Origin: an uncultured Acidimicrobiales bacterium
GTDB lineage: Bacteria; Actinomycetota; Acidimicrobiia; Acidimicrobiales; DATKAS01
NCBI GenBank assembly: GCA_963759645.1
Contig: CAVXAI010000019.1
Location: 6,717 to 70,716, forward strand
DNA: 64,000 bases
Reading direction: 5' to 3'
In this document: positions 52,899 through 63,161 of the stretch, one piece after another
How the letters are laid out: every line of letters starts with the position of its first letter
Position numbering within the stretch: position 1 is the first letter of the stretch
The notes under the pieces: generated by a model
The model's database searches: none
Told to the model about the DNA's origin: nothing
The model's input: the letters and a program-made list of their open reading frames with translations, nothing else
Program-made: the position numbers and the translations under genes

Positions 52899-53552
52899 CT
52901 AGCGAGCGAGCTTCGTGAGCGCCGCGATATCGAGAATCTCGATACGACCTCGACTGATGCGGAGCACACCCTTCTCCTCGCCGGAACGAAGGACTTGGTT
53001 GGCAGTCGGGCGAGTGGTGCCGGCCATCTGCGCGACGTCTTCTTGGGTCAGGGGAATCGTGACGACGTCGTTCGCGGCCGTCTCGTACAGCCTCGTGAGA
53101 TCGGCCACCCGTTTCCACACCCGCGACTCCGCCGGCAGGTACAGCGCCTGCGAGAGGTGCGCGGAAAGACGTCGCACTTCGGCGATGAGGGCGTGCATCA
53201 AGACGGCATCCACGCCTGGGTCCTTGGCGCGAAGCTCCTGGAAGGCGTCGCGGTGGAGCCCGAGGGTTTCGGTGGCGTCCAGGCAGTCGATCGTGGCATT
53301 GCGCGGCGCCGGCGCGATCACTGCGAGCTCCCCGAAGAAGTCGCCGGCCCCGAGCACGCGGATCAATGCCTGATCGCCCCTTGGAGTCGTCGTTCTCACG
53401 GCGACGTGTCCCTTGGCGATGAGGTGGAGGGTGTCGCCGGGATCGCCTTCATGAAACACAACTTCACCCCGGGCGAACTTCCGTCTCCGACAGGCGGAAA
53501 GGACCTCGCGCCGCTCCGCCTCGTCGAGGGTATCTAGCAGCGCCCACCCCAC
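52899..53552 (-). CDS. Crp/Fnr family transcriptional regulator
   Basis: FHEGDPG, FFGELA...RNA cNMP pocket; LTQEDVAQMAGTTRPTAN HTH. Confidence 0.93.
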   Translation of the reverse strand: MGWALLDTLDEAERREVLSACRRRKFARGEVVFHEGDPGDTLHLIAKGHVAVRTTTPRGDQALIRVLGAGDFFGELAVIAPAPRNATIDCLDATETLGLHRDAFQELRAKDPGVDAVLMHALIAEVRRLSAHLSQALYLPAESRVWKRVADLTRLYETAANDVVTIPLTQEDVAQMAGTTRPTANQVLRSGEEKGVLRISRGRIEILDIAALTKLAR

Positions 53553-53580
53553 CGCTCCATTCTGTCCCTTCTCCTCCGCG

Positions 53581-53609
53581 GGTCGCAGGTTCGAATCCTG
53601 CCGGGGCGC
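53581..53609 (+). other. tRNA 3' half (T-arm plus acceptor strand, Arg-like); possible att remnant
   Basis: GGTC-GCAGG-TTCGAAT-CCTGC-CGGGGCGC; no D-arm or matching 5' acceptor strand upstream. Confidence 0.7.
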
Positions 53610-53637
53610 TGCACGCCCACTCGCGAAACCCGCAGGC

Positions 53638-54045
53638 TCAGCCGGCGCTCATGTCGATCGCGTTGACCCGTGACGGTTCGACCGTCACCACGACCCGGCG
53701 CCCCTGACCAGCATCCACCATGCGCAGGTCGAGTCCGCCGTACTTGGCGCCGACCCGGTCGGCGAACGCGTAGTCGTCGTCGAACTCGATGCGAGCGTCG
53801 CCCCGCACCTCGAGATAGCGGCCCGGGTTTGCAGAATCGAGGATGTGCACACCGATCGCCGGATTGGCCTGCAGGTTCTTCGTCTTCTGGCGGTTGGTGT
53901 TCAGCGAGAACTGCAGCTGGCCGTCCTCGGCAAGGAACCACACCGTCGACATCTGTGGGCGCCCGTCGCGACCCACCGTGGCCAACGTCGCGTGCTGTTC
54001 CTGCAGCAGACCGGCGTGCGACTCGGGGACGATCACGTTTGTCAT
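53638..54045 (-). CDS. PPOX-class F420-dependent oxidoreductase
   Basis: ATLATVGRDGRPQMSTVWF, RQKTKNL..NP, YLEVRG. Confidence 0.9.
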   Translation of the reverse strand: MTNVIVPESHAGLLQEQHATLATVGRDGRPQMSTVWFLAEDGQLQFSLNTNRQKTKNLQANPAIGVHILDSANPGRYLEVRGDARIEFDDDYAFADRVGAKYGGLDLRMVDAGQGRRVVVTVEPSRVNAIDMSAG

Positions 54046-54782
54046 CTCGCTCCCTCCATAGGGCTCTGTTGTGCTTGCTCGCCGAGATAGCTCGACAGGA
54101 TCAGCTGGTGGTCGGCGCGGAGCACGTCGGCCGGCTCGTGGATGACGAGCTCGCCATGTGAGAGGACGTATCCGCGGTCAGCGACGGCGAGCGCGATGTG
54201 AATGTGCTGTTCGACGAGCAAGACCGCGCAGCCGCTTTCCTTTGCGTAGTTCGACACGATCGGGAGCAGTCCCTCGACGATGACGGGCGCCAGGCCCAGC
54301 GACGGCTCGTCGAGCAACATCACGCGCGGTCTGCGGGCGAGCGCCCGACCGAGCGCGAGCATCTGCTGCTCACCTCCGGACAACAGACCGGCACGACGCT
54401 CGGCGAGCGGGCGGAGTGCCGGGAAGTACTCGTACGCCGTGTTCGTGTCGAGCCGCTCACCCGGATACCCGAGGCGGAAGTGCTCCGCGACGGTGAGCCC
54501 GAAGAAGACGCCACGTCCTTCAGGCATGTGCGCGATGCCGAGGCGCGCCCGGCCGGCCGGCGAGCGGCGTGCGAGATCCTCGCCGGCGACGCGAACGGTG
54601 CCGGCGAGCGGGCGCACGATGCCCGAGATCGCGCGCAGCGTCGTCGTCTTTCCCGCGCCGTTCGGGCCGAGGAGGGCCACCACTTCGCCCGCCCCGACAT
54701 GAAGATCGATGTTGCGCAGCACGGGAGCGCCGTCGTAGCCAGCCGTCAGCCCTTCGACGGCGAGCACCGGTTCGGCGTTCAT
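54042..54782 (-). CDS. Liv-type ABC ATPase (LivF-like)
   Basis: GPNGAGKTT, LSGGEQQM, DEPSLGLAP. Confidence 0.93.
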   Translation of the reverse strand: MNAEPVLAVEGLTAGYDGAPVLRNIDLHVGAGEVVALLGPNGAGKTTTLRAISGIVRPLAGTVRVAGEDLARRSPAGRARLGIAHMPEGRGVFFGLTVAEHFRLGYPGERLDTNTAYEYFPALRPLAERRAGLLSGGEQQMLALGRALARRPRVMLLDEPSLGLAPVIVEGLLPIVSNYAKESGCAVLLVEQHIHIALAVADRGYVLSHGELVIHEPADVLRADHQLILSSYLGEQAQQSPMEGAR

Positions 54783-57574
54783 CGGTCGCCGCCGTGTTCG
54801 GCCGGTGCGGTGCCATCGGTCGCGACGAGCCGGTCAGAGGCGCCGAGGTAGGCCTCGACCACTCGCGGGTTCTCGCGGATCTCGGTCGGCGTGCCCCGTC
54901 CGATCACGACACCCGACTCGATCACGACCAGTTGGTCGCTGATCCCGAGCACCAGGCCCATGTCGTGGTCGACGAGGAGCATCGGGATCCCTTGGTCGAC
55001 CACCTCGCGCAGCCGATGCCCCAGCTCGCCGACTCCTGCGCGTCGAGCCCGGCGGCCGGCTCGTCGAGCAGCAACAGCGTCGGCCGTGCCGACAAGGCTC
55101 GGGCGACGGAGACCATCTTGCGCTGACCCTGGGTGAGCTCGCCGGGCATGGCGTCGGCGAGATCGTCGAGCGAGAGCCGCTCGAGCGCTTCGTCGACCGC
55201 GTCGACGCGGCTCACCGGCCGGGAGAACAGCTCCTTCATCGTCTCCACCGGCGTCGGGTGGCGTGCGGCGACCGTGAGGTTCTCCCGCACCGTGAGATCG
55301 TCGAACAGCTCGGTCCCCTGCCACGTGCGGGCGAGGCCGCGCCGCGCCCGTGCGTGCGGAGGGGAGCGGGTGACGTCCACCCCATCGATGCTCACCGTCC
55401 CGCGATGCGGCACGAACCCGGTGATCGCGTCGATGAACGTCGTCTTGCCGGCACCGTTCGGTCCGATCAGGCCGACGAGCTGTCCCGGATCGACGTCGAG
55501 GCTGACGTCGATGACGGCCCTCACTCCACCGAACGAGACGGAGATGGCGTGGGCAGAGAGCACCGAGGTCATGATTCCGCCACCGCCGTCGATGCCTGCG
55601 CGCGGTATCCGGTCCGACGCGGATCGGCCCCCGCTCGCGGCGAGCGCGGCTCTCCTCTTGAGCTGCTGCTTCCGGTAGATCGTTCCCGCGACGCCGTCCG
55701 GGTTCTGGATCAACGTCACGATCAGCAGCAGTCCGCCGAGCAGGAGGCTCCAGTTCCCGGAGATGCCGAGCAGCTCCTCGAAGAAGTACGGGACAAGTCC
55801 CTCGGTGGCGACGAGGCCACCGATGATCGCACCCGACACCATCGTGATCCCGCCGATGTAGGCGTACGCGACGAAGCCGAGCGCGATCAGGAACCCGAAG
55901 CGGGCGGCGCTGACCGACCCGAAGTTGTACGCGTACATCCAGCCGGCGGTGCCGGCGATGAACGACGAGATCGCGTAGGCGGTGAACTTCACCCGCGTGA
56001 CGCTGATCCCGGCGGCGGCCGCCGCCCGCTCGTTCGCGCGGACCGCCAACATCTGCTGGCCGAGGGTGCTCCGGCGCAGATTGGCGACGAGCAGACAGAG
56101 ACCCAAGACGGCGACGAGGAACACGAAGCCGAGCACCGGGCTGGGAAGCTTGTCGTCCAATCCCCGGAACGCCGCGTTTGCGCCGAGGTCGATCCCGAAC
56201 AACCTCGGCTGCTCGACCGGGGAACCGCTGCTCCCGGCTCCCCACCTCTCGTTCGCGAAGCCGAACTGCTCGATCGCTACTACTCCGGAGAGCGTGACCA
56301 CCGCGAGGGCTACCCCGCGCACCCGAAGCGCTGACGCGCCCACCGCCATCCCCACCGCGACTGCAGCCAGCGAACCGAGGATCGGTCCCCACGGGAAACC
56401 CACGCCCGCATCGATGATCAGGTGCGCCACCGCGAAGCCACACACGCCGGCCAGAGTGACCTGGGCGAGGGAGACCTGACCGACGAACCCGGTGATCACG
56501 ACCAGCGACAGGCACACCACCATGCCGACCAGCGACAACATGAACGCCTGGCGGTATCCGAACGGCAGCACGATCAACAGCACTGCGCCCAGCACCGTGA
56601 GCGCCGCGCTCGGGCCAGCCAGCCGCCGGGGCCGGGGCGCCGCCGGCAGCTGCCGTTCGACGAGCTCGCCACGGGTTGGCAGGCTCGCCCCGCGGACATA
56701 CAAGGCCGCGCAGATGATGATGAAGATCAACAGCGCCTGCACGCCGGGAAGCGGGTTGCCGGCCTTGCTCTTCGGAAACCACGAGAGAGTCGACACGTAG
56801 TACATCAACGACTGCCCGATACCGATGAGGAGACCGGCGACGCACGCGATGCCGAGCGACGTGAACCGGGCGAACAGCGCGGCCGCGAGCGCCGGGACGA
56901 TGAACAGCGCCAGCGTGGTCGAGTCGGCCTGCACCAACGGTGCCGCGATGATGCCCATGATCCCGGCGATCGCCGAAGCGAGCACCGTGTTGGCCATCGA
57001 GAGCTGATTGGGCGACAGGCCGGCGAGCATCCCGAAGACCTCGTTCTCCGACGCTGCTCGAGTCGCCAACCCGAAGCGAGTCCATCGGTAGAGCGCGGCG
57101 AGCGCGAGCGTCATCGCCACCACGAGGCCAGCCATCCAGAACCGATTCACGGGGATCTGGACGTCGAACATCTCGATGGTGTTCGTCGGCAGGATGTTCG
57201 GAACCTGCTTGGCCGCCGACCCGAACCACAACAGCACCGTCGCCTGCAGCGTGAGCAAGATCCCGAGCGAAGCAATGAGCTTGGCCAGCGGCGACGACGT
57301 TCTCAGCGGTCGGAACACGAGGAGCTCGGTCAACGCGCCTACTGCCGACCGCGACGGCCACGGTGACGACGAACGCCGGAACAGTGCCGAGGCTGACGTG
57401 GAAGAAGTCGGACTTGAGCGCCCAGAACGTGTACGCCGCGACCATCGCCACCGCTCCGGCGGCGAGGTTGATGATGCCCGAGCCGCGGTAGGTGACGACG
57501 ACGCTGAGGGCGATTCCCGCCGTCACCGCGCCGGTCCCGAGGCCGAGCAGGGCGAACAGGATGATCTGGTTCAC
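54779..57574 (-). CDS. Fused Liv-type ABC permease-permease-ATPase (frameshifts near 57340 and 55025)
   Basis: MNQIILFALLGLG N-terminus; permeases and GPNGAGKTT in ORF 54922..57333; VDHDMGLV C-terminus in first frame. Confidence 0.9.
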   Translation of the reverse strand: MNQIILFALLGLGTGAVTAGIALSVVVTYRGSGIINLAAGAVAMVAAYTFWALKSDFFHVSLGTVPAFVVTVAVAVGSRRVDRAPRVPTAENVVAAGQAHCFARDLAHAAGDGAVVVRVGGQAGSEHPADEHHRDVRRPDPRESVLDGWPRGGDDARARRALPMDSLRVGDSSSVGERGLRDARRPVAQSALDGQHGARFGDRRDHGHHRGTVGAGRLDHAGAVHRPGARGRAVRPVHVARHRVRRRSPHRYRAVVDVLRVDSLVVSEEQGRQPASRRAGAVDLHHHLRGLVCPRGEPANPWRARRTAAAGGAPAPAAGWPERGAHGAGRSAVDRAAVRIPPGVHVVAGRHGGVPVAGRDHRVRRSGLPRPGHSGRRVWLRGGAPDHRCGRGFPVGTDPRFAGCSRGGDGGGRVSASGARGSPRGGHALRSSSDRAVRLREREVGSREQRFPGRAAEVVRDRPRRKRGVPGIGRQASQPGARLRVPRRRLGSLSARRQSAPEHPRPADVGGPRERAGGGRRRDQRHAGEVHRLRDLVVHRRHRRLDVRVQLRVGQRRPLRVPDRARLRRVRLHRRDHDGVGCDHRWPRRHRGTCPVLLRGAARHLRELEPPARRTAADRDVDPEPGRRRGNDLPEAAAQEESRARRERGPIRVGPDTARRHRRRWRNHDLGALCPRHLRLVRWSEGRHRRQPRRRSGTARRPDRTERCRQDDVHRRDHRVRAASRDGEHRWGGRHPLPSARTGAARPRPHVAGDRAVRRSHGAGEPHGRRTPPDAGGDDEGAVLPAGEPRRRGRRSARAALARRSRRRHARRAHPGSAQDGLRRPSLVGTADAVAARRAGRRARRAGVGELGHRLREVVDQGIPMLLVDHDMGLVLGISDQLVVIESGVVIGRGTPTEIRENPRVVEAYLGASDRLVATDGTAPAEHGGDR

Positions 57575-57634
57575 AGGCCTGCTCTCGTCGGGACCGGCAC
57601 GTCAGAGGATGCCGGGCGTTCAGTCATCAATGGG

Positions 57635-59004
57635 TCAGCTCGGGGCGACCCATCCCTCCGGTGGGCCCACCCAGTCGCCCGCCTTCGTCATCGGGCTGCC
57701 CTGTCCGTTCCATTGGTAGAACTGCGTGTGGTCGTTGCACACGCCCGGAGCCTCCGAGTACTTGCCGCACTCGATCACCGGCGACCCGAGTGCGAGCGGA
57801 CCCTCGAACGCGAGCATCTGCTCGGCGATCGCCTCCGGGGCGAGATTGTCGGCCCCGGCCCCGTTCAGCCACTTCGCCAGCGTCAGGATCTGCCCGAACC
57901 CGACGTTCACCCACGGGTCACCGATCAGGGCCTCTTGGCCTTGGCCCGTGAGGATCTCCTGGTACGGCGGCACGCCGGGATCGGTCACGTCGAACGTCTG
58001 CGCTGACGCGATCGCGTAGATCCACTTCGGGAAGTCGCCGAGACCTTCAATGGTCGTCGGCGTCAGGCAGATCGGGCTCGCCAGCACCTTCTCATCGGGG
58101 ATGCCGAGCTGCTGGATCGCTTGCTCGAACTTCACGCAGTCGTTGGGGTTGATGACCGGCATCACGATGTCGGCGTTCTGCGCGTCGGCGGCGAGAAGCG
58201 GCACGGTCAGGTCGGGAGCGTTGGCCGGGTAGGAGACGACCTTGATCGGGATCCCCGCCGCTTCGAACGCCGATGCTTGCCCCGCAGCGGGGATGTCGGC
58301 ACCGGCTCCTTCGGGATAGACGAGCGCCGCCGATTCCACGCCGAGCGTGTCACGGGCGAACGTGGCGTACGGCGCCAGGATGTACTGGGCGCCGCCGTAC
58401 AGGACGGCGGCGCTTCGGCTGGACGGTGTCGACCGCGTTCACCGAAACACCGGAGATGACCGGCTTGTCGCCGAGCGCGGCGAACATCGACTCCGCTCCG
58501 ACGACGATCGGGCCTTCGACCACGGCGACGATGCTGTCGTCGTTGGCCATCTGCTGCCCGCACTGCTGGCCTTCTTCCTCGGTCGATGCGATGTAGCACT
58601 TCACCAGCTCGATCGGGTGGCCGCCGATCCCGCCGGCCTGCTCGTTGATGAACGTGACCCCGATCTCGACACCGTCGTCGTGCGTCGGACCGACCTCGAT
58701 CGGCCCGCCCTCCTGGCTGATGTAGCCGACCTTGATCGGTTCGAGGCTGGCATCGGCGGCGCCGGAGCCGCCGACGTAGGCGGCGTAGTCGGTCACGACG
58801 TCTGTCTCCTCGGCGGGTGCGCTCGTCTCCGCGGCGGCTGCGCTCGTCTCCGCGGTCGGTGCGCTCGTCTCTACCGGCGCAGTGGTGTCGTCAGCGGCAT
58901 CGCCACTGTCGTCTCCGCAACCGGCGGCGATCAGCACCGCCGCGGCAATCACCACCAGCGGACGCCCCCACCGCGCGAAGGACAAACCCGGTGCTCCGAC
59001 TCAT
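57635..59004 (-). CDS. Liv-type ABC substrate-binding lipoprotein (frameshift near 58410; start 59004 or 58985)
   Basis: Lipobox AAGC-GDD; INEQAGGIGGHPIELVKC; continues in ORF 57635..58339. Confidence 0.85.
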
Positions 59005-59144
59005 CGGTTCCCCCTCTGTTCTCACCTCGCATCAGCGCTGACGCGCTGGCATATCCCCGGCCCCCGACACTACGGGAAGTCGATCCGTCCCGCCTGGCTA
59101 ACTTGACCCGCGGGTTCCGTTCACTCACACCGCTGGGGGACGCC

Positions 59145-60317
59145 ATGCGACGCAGCACGGACCGGATTCTCACGACCCACGTCGGTGCCTTGCCGGCTCC
59201 TCATGACGTCTGGGCTCGGCTCGACGTTGGCGATGAACGCCTTGCCGCGGCGGTGGGGGAGGTGTGCGACGCGGAGCGCAGTGCCGGCATCGACTTCATC
59301 AACGAAGGTGAGCTCACCAAGGGTGGCCACTGGACGCAGTACCTGGCGTCGCGCCTCGGCGGCTACGAGCCGGCCGGGCATCCCGGAGCGCTCGGCGAGC
59401 TGCTGCTCTCGAGCACCGACTGGGTCGAGTTCCGCGAGTTCTATCTCGCCGTGCTGCAGAACGGCACGCTGTTCGAGCAGTCGGGATCGGCCCAACATGT
59501 GCCGGAAGGCGCCGAGGAGACAACCCAGTCTGTCGAGGATTGGGTGTGCACATCGCCCGTCCACTACCGCGGTGAGGCTGCTCTCGCGCGTGAGATCAAC
59601 GTGATGAAGGCGGCGCTCGGCGACACACCCGCGTCCGACGTCTTCTTGACGTCGACGGCGCCGCTCAGCGTGGAGCCCGGCCGCGACAAGGGCATCTACA
59701 AGACAGACGAGGAGCACATTTACGCCATCGCCGAGGCGATGCAGGTGGAGTATGAAGCGATTGCCGCCGCCGGGTTCCAGGTGCAAGTCGACGACGCGTG
59801 GCTCGGTGCGCTGTGGGACCGAATCGGCATCCCGATGGGACTCGAGGGTTATCGCCGGTTCTGTCAGATGCGATGCGAAGCGCTGAACCATGCGCTGCGA
59901 AATATCCCCGAGGAGCAGATCCGGTACCACCTGTGCTGGGGCAGCTGGCACGGACCGCACTCGGCCGACCTGCCGCTGCCCGACGTCGTCGACATCCTCC
60001 TGTCGGTGAAGGCGCAGACCTACTCGATCGAGGCTGCGAACGTCCGCCATGAGCACGAGGTGGAGCTCTGGGAGACGACCAAGCTGCCCGACGGGAAGAT
60101 CCTCGCGCCCGGTGTCGTCACCCACTCGACGCCTCTGATCGAGCACCCACAGCTCGTGGCGAACCGGATCGAACGGTTCGCTGCGCTGGTCGGTCGCGAA
60201 AACGTCATCGCCTCCACCGACTGTGGGTTGGGGTTGCGGCTTCACCCGTCTTTGGCGTGGGCCAAGCTCAACGTTCTCGCTGAAGGCGCCAGGTTGGCGA
60301 GCGCCGCACTGTGGTGA
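59145..60317 (+). CDS. Cobalamin-independent methionine synthase II family protein (MetE C-terminal-like)
   Basis: RILTTHVGALP, HLCWG, IEAANVRHEHE, STDCG zinc ligands. Confidence 0.92.
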   Translation: MRRSTDRILTTHVGALPAPHDVWARLDVGDERLAAAVGEVCDAERSAGIDFINEGELTKGGHWTQYLASRLGGYEPAGHPGALGELLLSSTDWVEFREFYLAVLQNGTLFEQSGSAQHVPEGAEETTQSVEDWVCTSPVHYRGEAALAREINVMKAALGDTPASDVFLTSTAPLSVEPGRDKGIYKTDEEHIYAIAEAMQVEYEAIAAAGFQVQVDDAWLGALWDRIGIPMGLEGYRRFCQMRCEALNHALRNIPEEQIRYHLCWGSWHGPHSADLPLPDVVDILLSVKAQTYSIEAANVRHEHEVELWETTKLPDGKILAPGVVTHSTPLIEHPQLVANRIERFAALVGRENVIASTDCGLGLRLHPSLAWAKLNVLAEGARLASAALW

Positions 60318-60346
60318 GCAGAACGCCGATGAGGCGCGGTTTGGGG

Positions 60347-61817
60347 TCACTGGGGTGATGCGCGCACGGGCCGCCCCGGAAGGGCGCCTCGCACGAGTTC
60401 GCCGTCACGGACCACGAACGTCCCGCCGACGATCACGTGGGTGATGCCAGACGACGGGCGGGTGGAGGCGACGTACGTCGCCTGGTCGGTCACACGAGAC
60501 TCCTCGAACACGACGAGATCGGCGTCCGTGCCGGTCTGTACGCGACCTTTGCGGCGCATCGCGGGGGCCGCCCCCTGAAGCACCTCTGCAGGAAGCAAAG
60601 TCGCGCGACGGACAGCCTCGATGAGCGGCGCGCCCTCCTGCCTCCACAGCCGCAGGGCGCGCGCCGAACGTGCCTGCAGTACGCGGGTGAGTGACCGCTT
60701 CTGGCGGCAAGGGCCAAGCAGTGAAGTCCATGTCCGTTGTGTCGGTCCACAAAGGCGGCATCGCGTCGCTCGCGACGATCGTGTCGGGGAATGCGAGGGA
60801 CCGCCGCAGCAGCGCGGCGTCTCTGGGTTCGGACTCGTCAAGGAACTCGGCGATGACGAGACCGGCGGGGTCAGTCGTGCGCAGCTCGCGGAGTCGGGCT
60901 TCGTCGGCGATGCGCTCGCCCGTGGGGAGGTATGTGATCGAGGTCGTGCTCCGGAAGCGCTCGTGCAGCCGCTCCGGCGAGAGGAACGCCGCGCCGATCG
61001 CCGTCGAACCCGACCCGTAAGGGTAGGCCTCGGTCGTGACGCGGGCGCCTTCCGCCTGGCAGCGGCCGACGAGTGCGAGCACTCGATCGATGTGCCGCCC
61101 CGACGTCGAGTTGATGTGGCAGTAGTGCATGTGCGCGCCCGTCGTGCCGGCGGCCCGAACGACCTCTTCCGCTCCGTCGATCAATGTGTCCGGAGCCAAC
61201 TCGACGACGTCACGCGAGTGCGTGAACGTCGGCACCCCGGCGGCGGCGGCCAGCTCCGCGAGGGCGAGATACTCGGCCGGATCGACCCCGGGTGTGTAGC
61301 CCATGAGCACTCCGATACCGACGGCCCCGGCGGCGAGGTCGTTGGAGACCTGGTCGAGGATCCGCGCCACTTGTGCCGCGGTCGCGGCCTGTTGCCATGC
61401 GGTGCCGGTCAACCCGCCGAAGATCGCCGCGGCACCTCCGTCGAGTGGCATGTCCGCGACAACGTGCATGCGCGCGGCCGCCCATGAGGCCGAGAAGCCA
61501 TAGTTGATCGGGGAACCTCGCTCCGCTTCTCTCGCGTACGCGACCTCCACCGGCGCGCGGCCGGCTTCGAGGTCGAGCGCGGTGGTGACGCCGTCGCACG
61601 CCTGGAGCCGGCGTCCCGGCAGAGTCTGCGCGTGGCTGTGGAGGTCGACAAAGCCGGGGGCGACGACGAGCCCGCGGACATCCATGCTCGTTGCGCCGTC
61701 GAGACGGTCTCCGACCGCCATGACTGAGTCACCGTCGATCCCCACGTCGCACACCTGATCGAATCCGGTCTCCGGATCCACGACCCGACCACCGGCCAGC
61801 ACCAAGTCGTGCGACAC
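60347..61817 (-). CDS. N-acyl-D-amino-acid/D-glutamate deacylase-like amidohydrolase (frameshift near 60660)
   Basis: VAPGFVDLHSH, DGVTTALDLEAG, HYCHINST, ASDAM, HPRTAGTF, KGRVQTGTDADLVVF. Confidence 0.9.
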
Positions 61818-61866
61818 CAGCCAACCTGTTCCGACCCGCTCAGCTCTGTCAAGTCCGAACGCCGGG

Positions 61867-62506
61867 TCAGGTAGGGATCGAGCGCCCGAGGGTTGCGTCG
61901 ACGCTCTCGGCGAGTCGCACGGCTTCCTGCTGAGCCGCGCGGTCGAGCGGTGCGAGACGGACATCGTCGGGCCAGTCCTGTACGACCTCGCTCGCCCATT
62001 CCACCCACCTCGCAACCATGACGTAGAAGTCGGTGAGGAAGCGCCCGCCGAGCTGATTGAGCGCCGCCCTCTCGGGAAACAAGCTGTCGCCGTCGAGATA
62101 GGCGCGCGCGGTGGCAAGGTTCTCCTCGTTCTGCTCGGCGACCCATGCCGCGTGCTGCGTCGAGGTTGGTGAGGATGTCGGCCTTCGTGCCGCTGTCGGC
62201 GAAGCTGATCTTCAGCAGCTGCTCGAACTCGAGGACTGGTCCGTCGCCTGGTTGGTGTAGCCAGACCGCCAGCGCGCGCCGGCCGGCGGCGGTGATCGTG
62301 TACCGGGTGCGGCGACGCCGGCCGATGGAGTCGTCGGAAGCCCGGGCGTACCCGTGAGCCACGAGCTTCTTCGGTTCCTCGTACAACTTGCTCTGAGCAC
62401 GGGGCCACATGCGCCTCATGCTGCGGTCGACCTGCTGGACGAGCTCATGAGTGGTCCACGGCTTGACGGCCAGCAAGCCGAGGATCGCGTACGACGTCGT
62501 CGTCAT
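61867..62506 (-). CDS. PadR family transcriptional regulator (frameshift near 62145)
   Basis: SYAILGLL...WPRAQSKLYEEPKKL...RTRYTITAAGR. Confidence 0.9.
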
Positions 62507-62527
62507 CGCCGGAGGGCTTGACATTGT

Positions 62528-62564
62528 TCTCCCTTTGGGAGAGATTTAACCTCCCAAAGGGAGA
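62528..62564. promoter_or_regulatory. Double palindromic operator upstream of PadR
   Basis: TCTCCCTTTGGGAG-agatttaac-CTCCCAAAGGGAGA perfect 14-bp inverted repeat; each arm is itself CTCCC-N3-GGGAG. Confidence 0.75.
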
Positions 62565-62581
62565 GTAGCAGGAGGGTCGCG

Positions 62582-62761
62582 ATGGCACCGACCAATGCAC
62601 TCCAAGTGGATGCGTCGAACCTTGACCAGCTTCGGAGTCGTCTACGGGTCCGCGGCGTGGACGATCCGGGCGACGTGAAGATGGCCGCCATCGAGGAGAA
62701 CACTCCCGGAGCGACGCCTGTCCACGTCTGTGAGATCGCACCGGAAAGGCACGAACGATGA
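62582..62761 (+). CDS. Short hypothetical protein (59 aa), possibly a gene remnant
   Basis: GGAGG RBS; stop overlaps YciI start (ATGA). Confidence 0.45.
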   Translation: MAPTNALQVDASNLDQLRSRLRVRGVDDPGDVKMAAIEENTPGATPVHVCEIAPERHER

Positions 62762-63087
62762 CCCTGTTCGCCGTCACCCGTGAAGCCGGACCCGGCTGGA
62801 CCAACGGAAAGGGAGCTTTCGAGCAGCCCGCCGTGAGCGAGCACGCCGCCTTCATGAACAAGCTCGCCGACGAAGGCTTCGTGTTGTTCGCCGGTCCGCT
62901 CGCCGGTAGCGAGCACGACCGCATCCGAGTTCTTCTGATTGCGGACGCCGCCAGCGAAGCCGAACTCCGTCAGCGCCTCGCGGATGACCCCTGGGTGCGC
63001 ACAGATCAACTGGCGACGACGAGCGTCGAGCCGTGGATGCTGGTTGTGGGCGGCGAGCGCGTCGGCGCCCAGCTTCCGGCTCAGTAG
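62758..63087 (+). CDS. YciI family protein
   Basis: EHAAFMNKLADEG..LFAGPL...LADDPW. Confidence 0.82.
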   Translation: MTLFAVTREAGPGWTNGKGAFEQPAVSEHAAFMNKLADEGFVLFAGPLAGSEHDRIRVLLIADAASEAELRQRLADDPWVRTDQLATTSVEPWMLVVGGERVGAQLPAQ

Positions 63088-63161
63088 CGGCTGCCTCGGC
63101 GGTCGCGCGTCCACGGCAGCGCGCCGATTCGGTGGAACCCCCGCCTACGACGTCGAGGCGC

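Noticed and set aside
53540..53612. Complete tRNA gene
   Set aside because: Only the T-arm and 3' acceptor strand are present; upstream sequence lacks a D-arm and runs into the Crp start
58805..58885. 21-nt tandem repeats (also 24-nt repeats near 44175-44240)
   Set aside because: Encode ETSAP/AATTAADS low-complexity linkers of lipoproteins; ordinary
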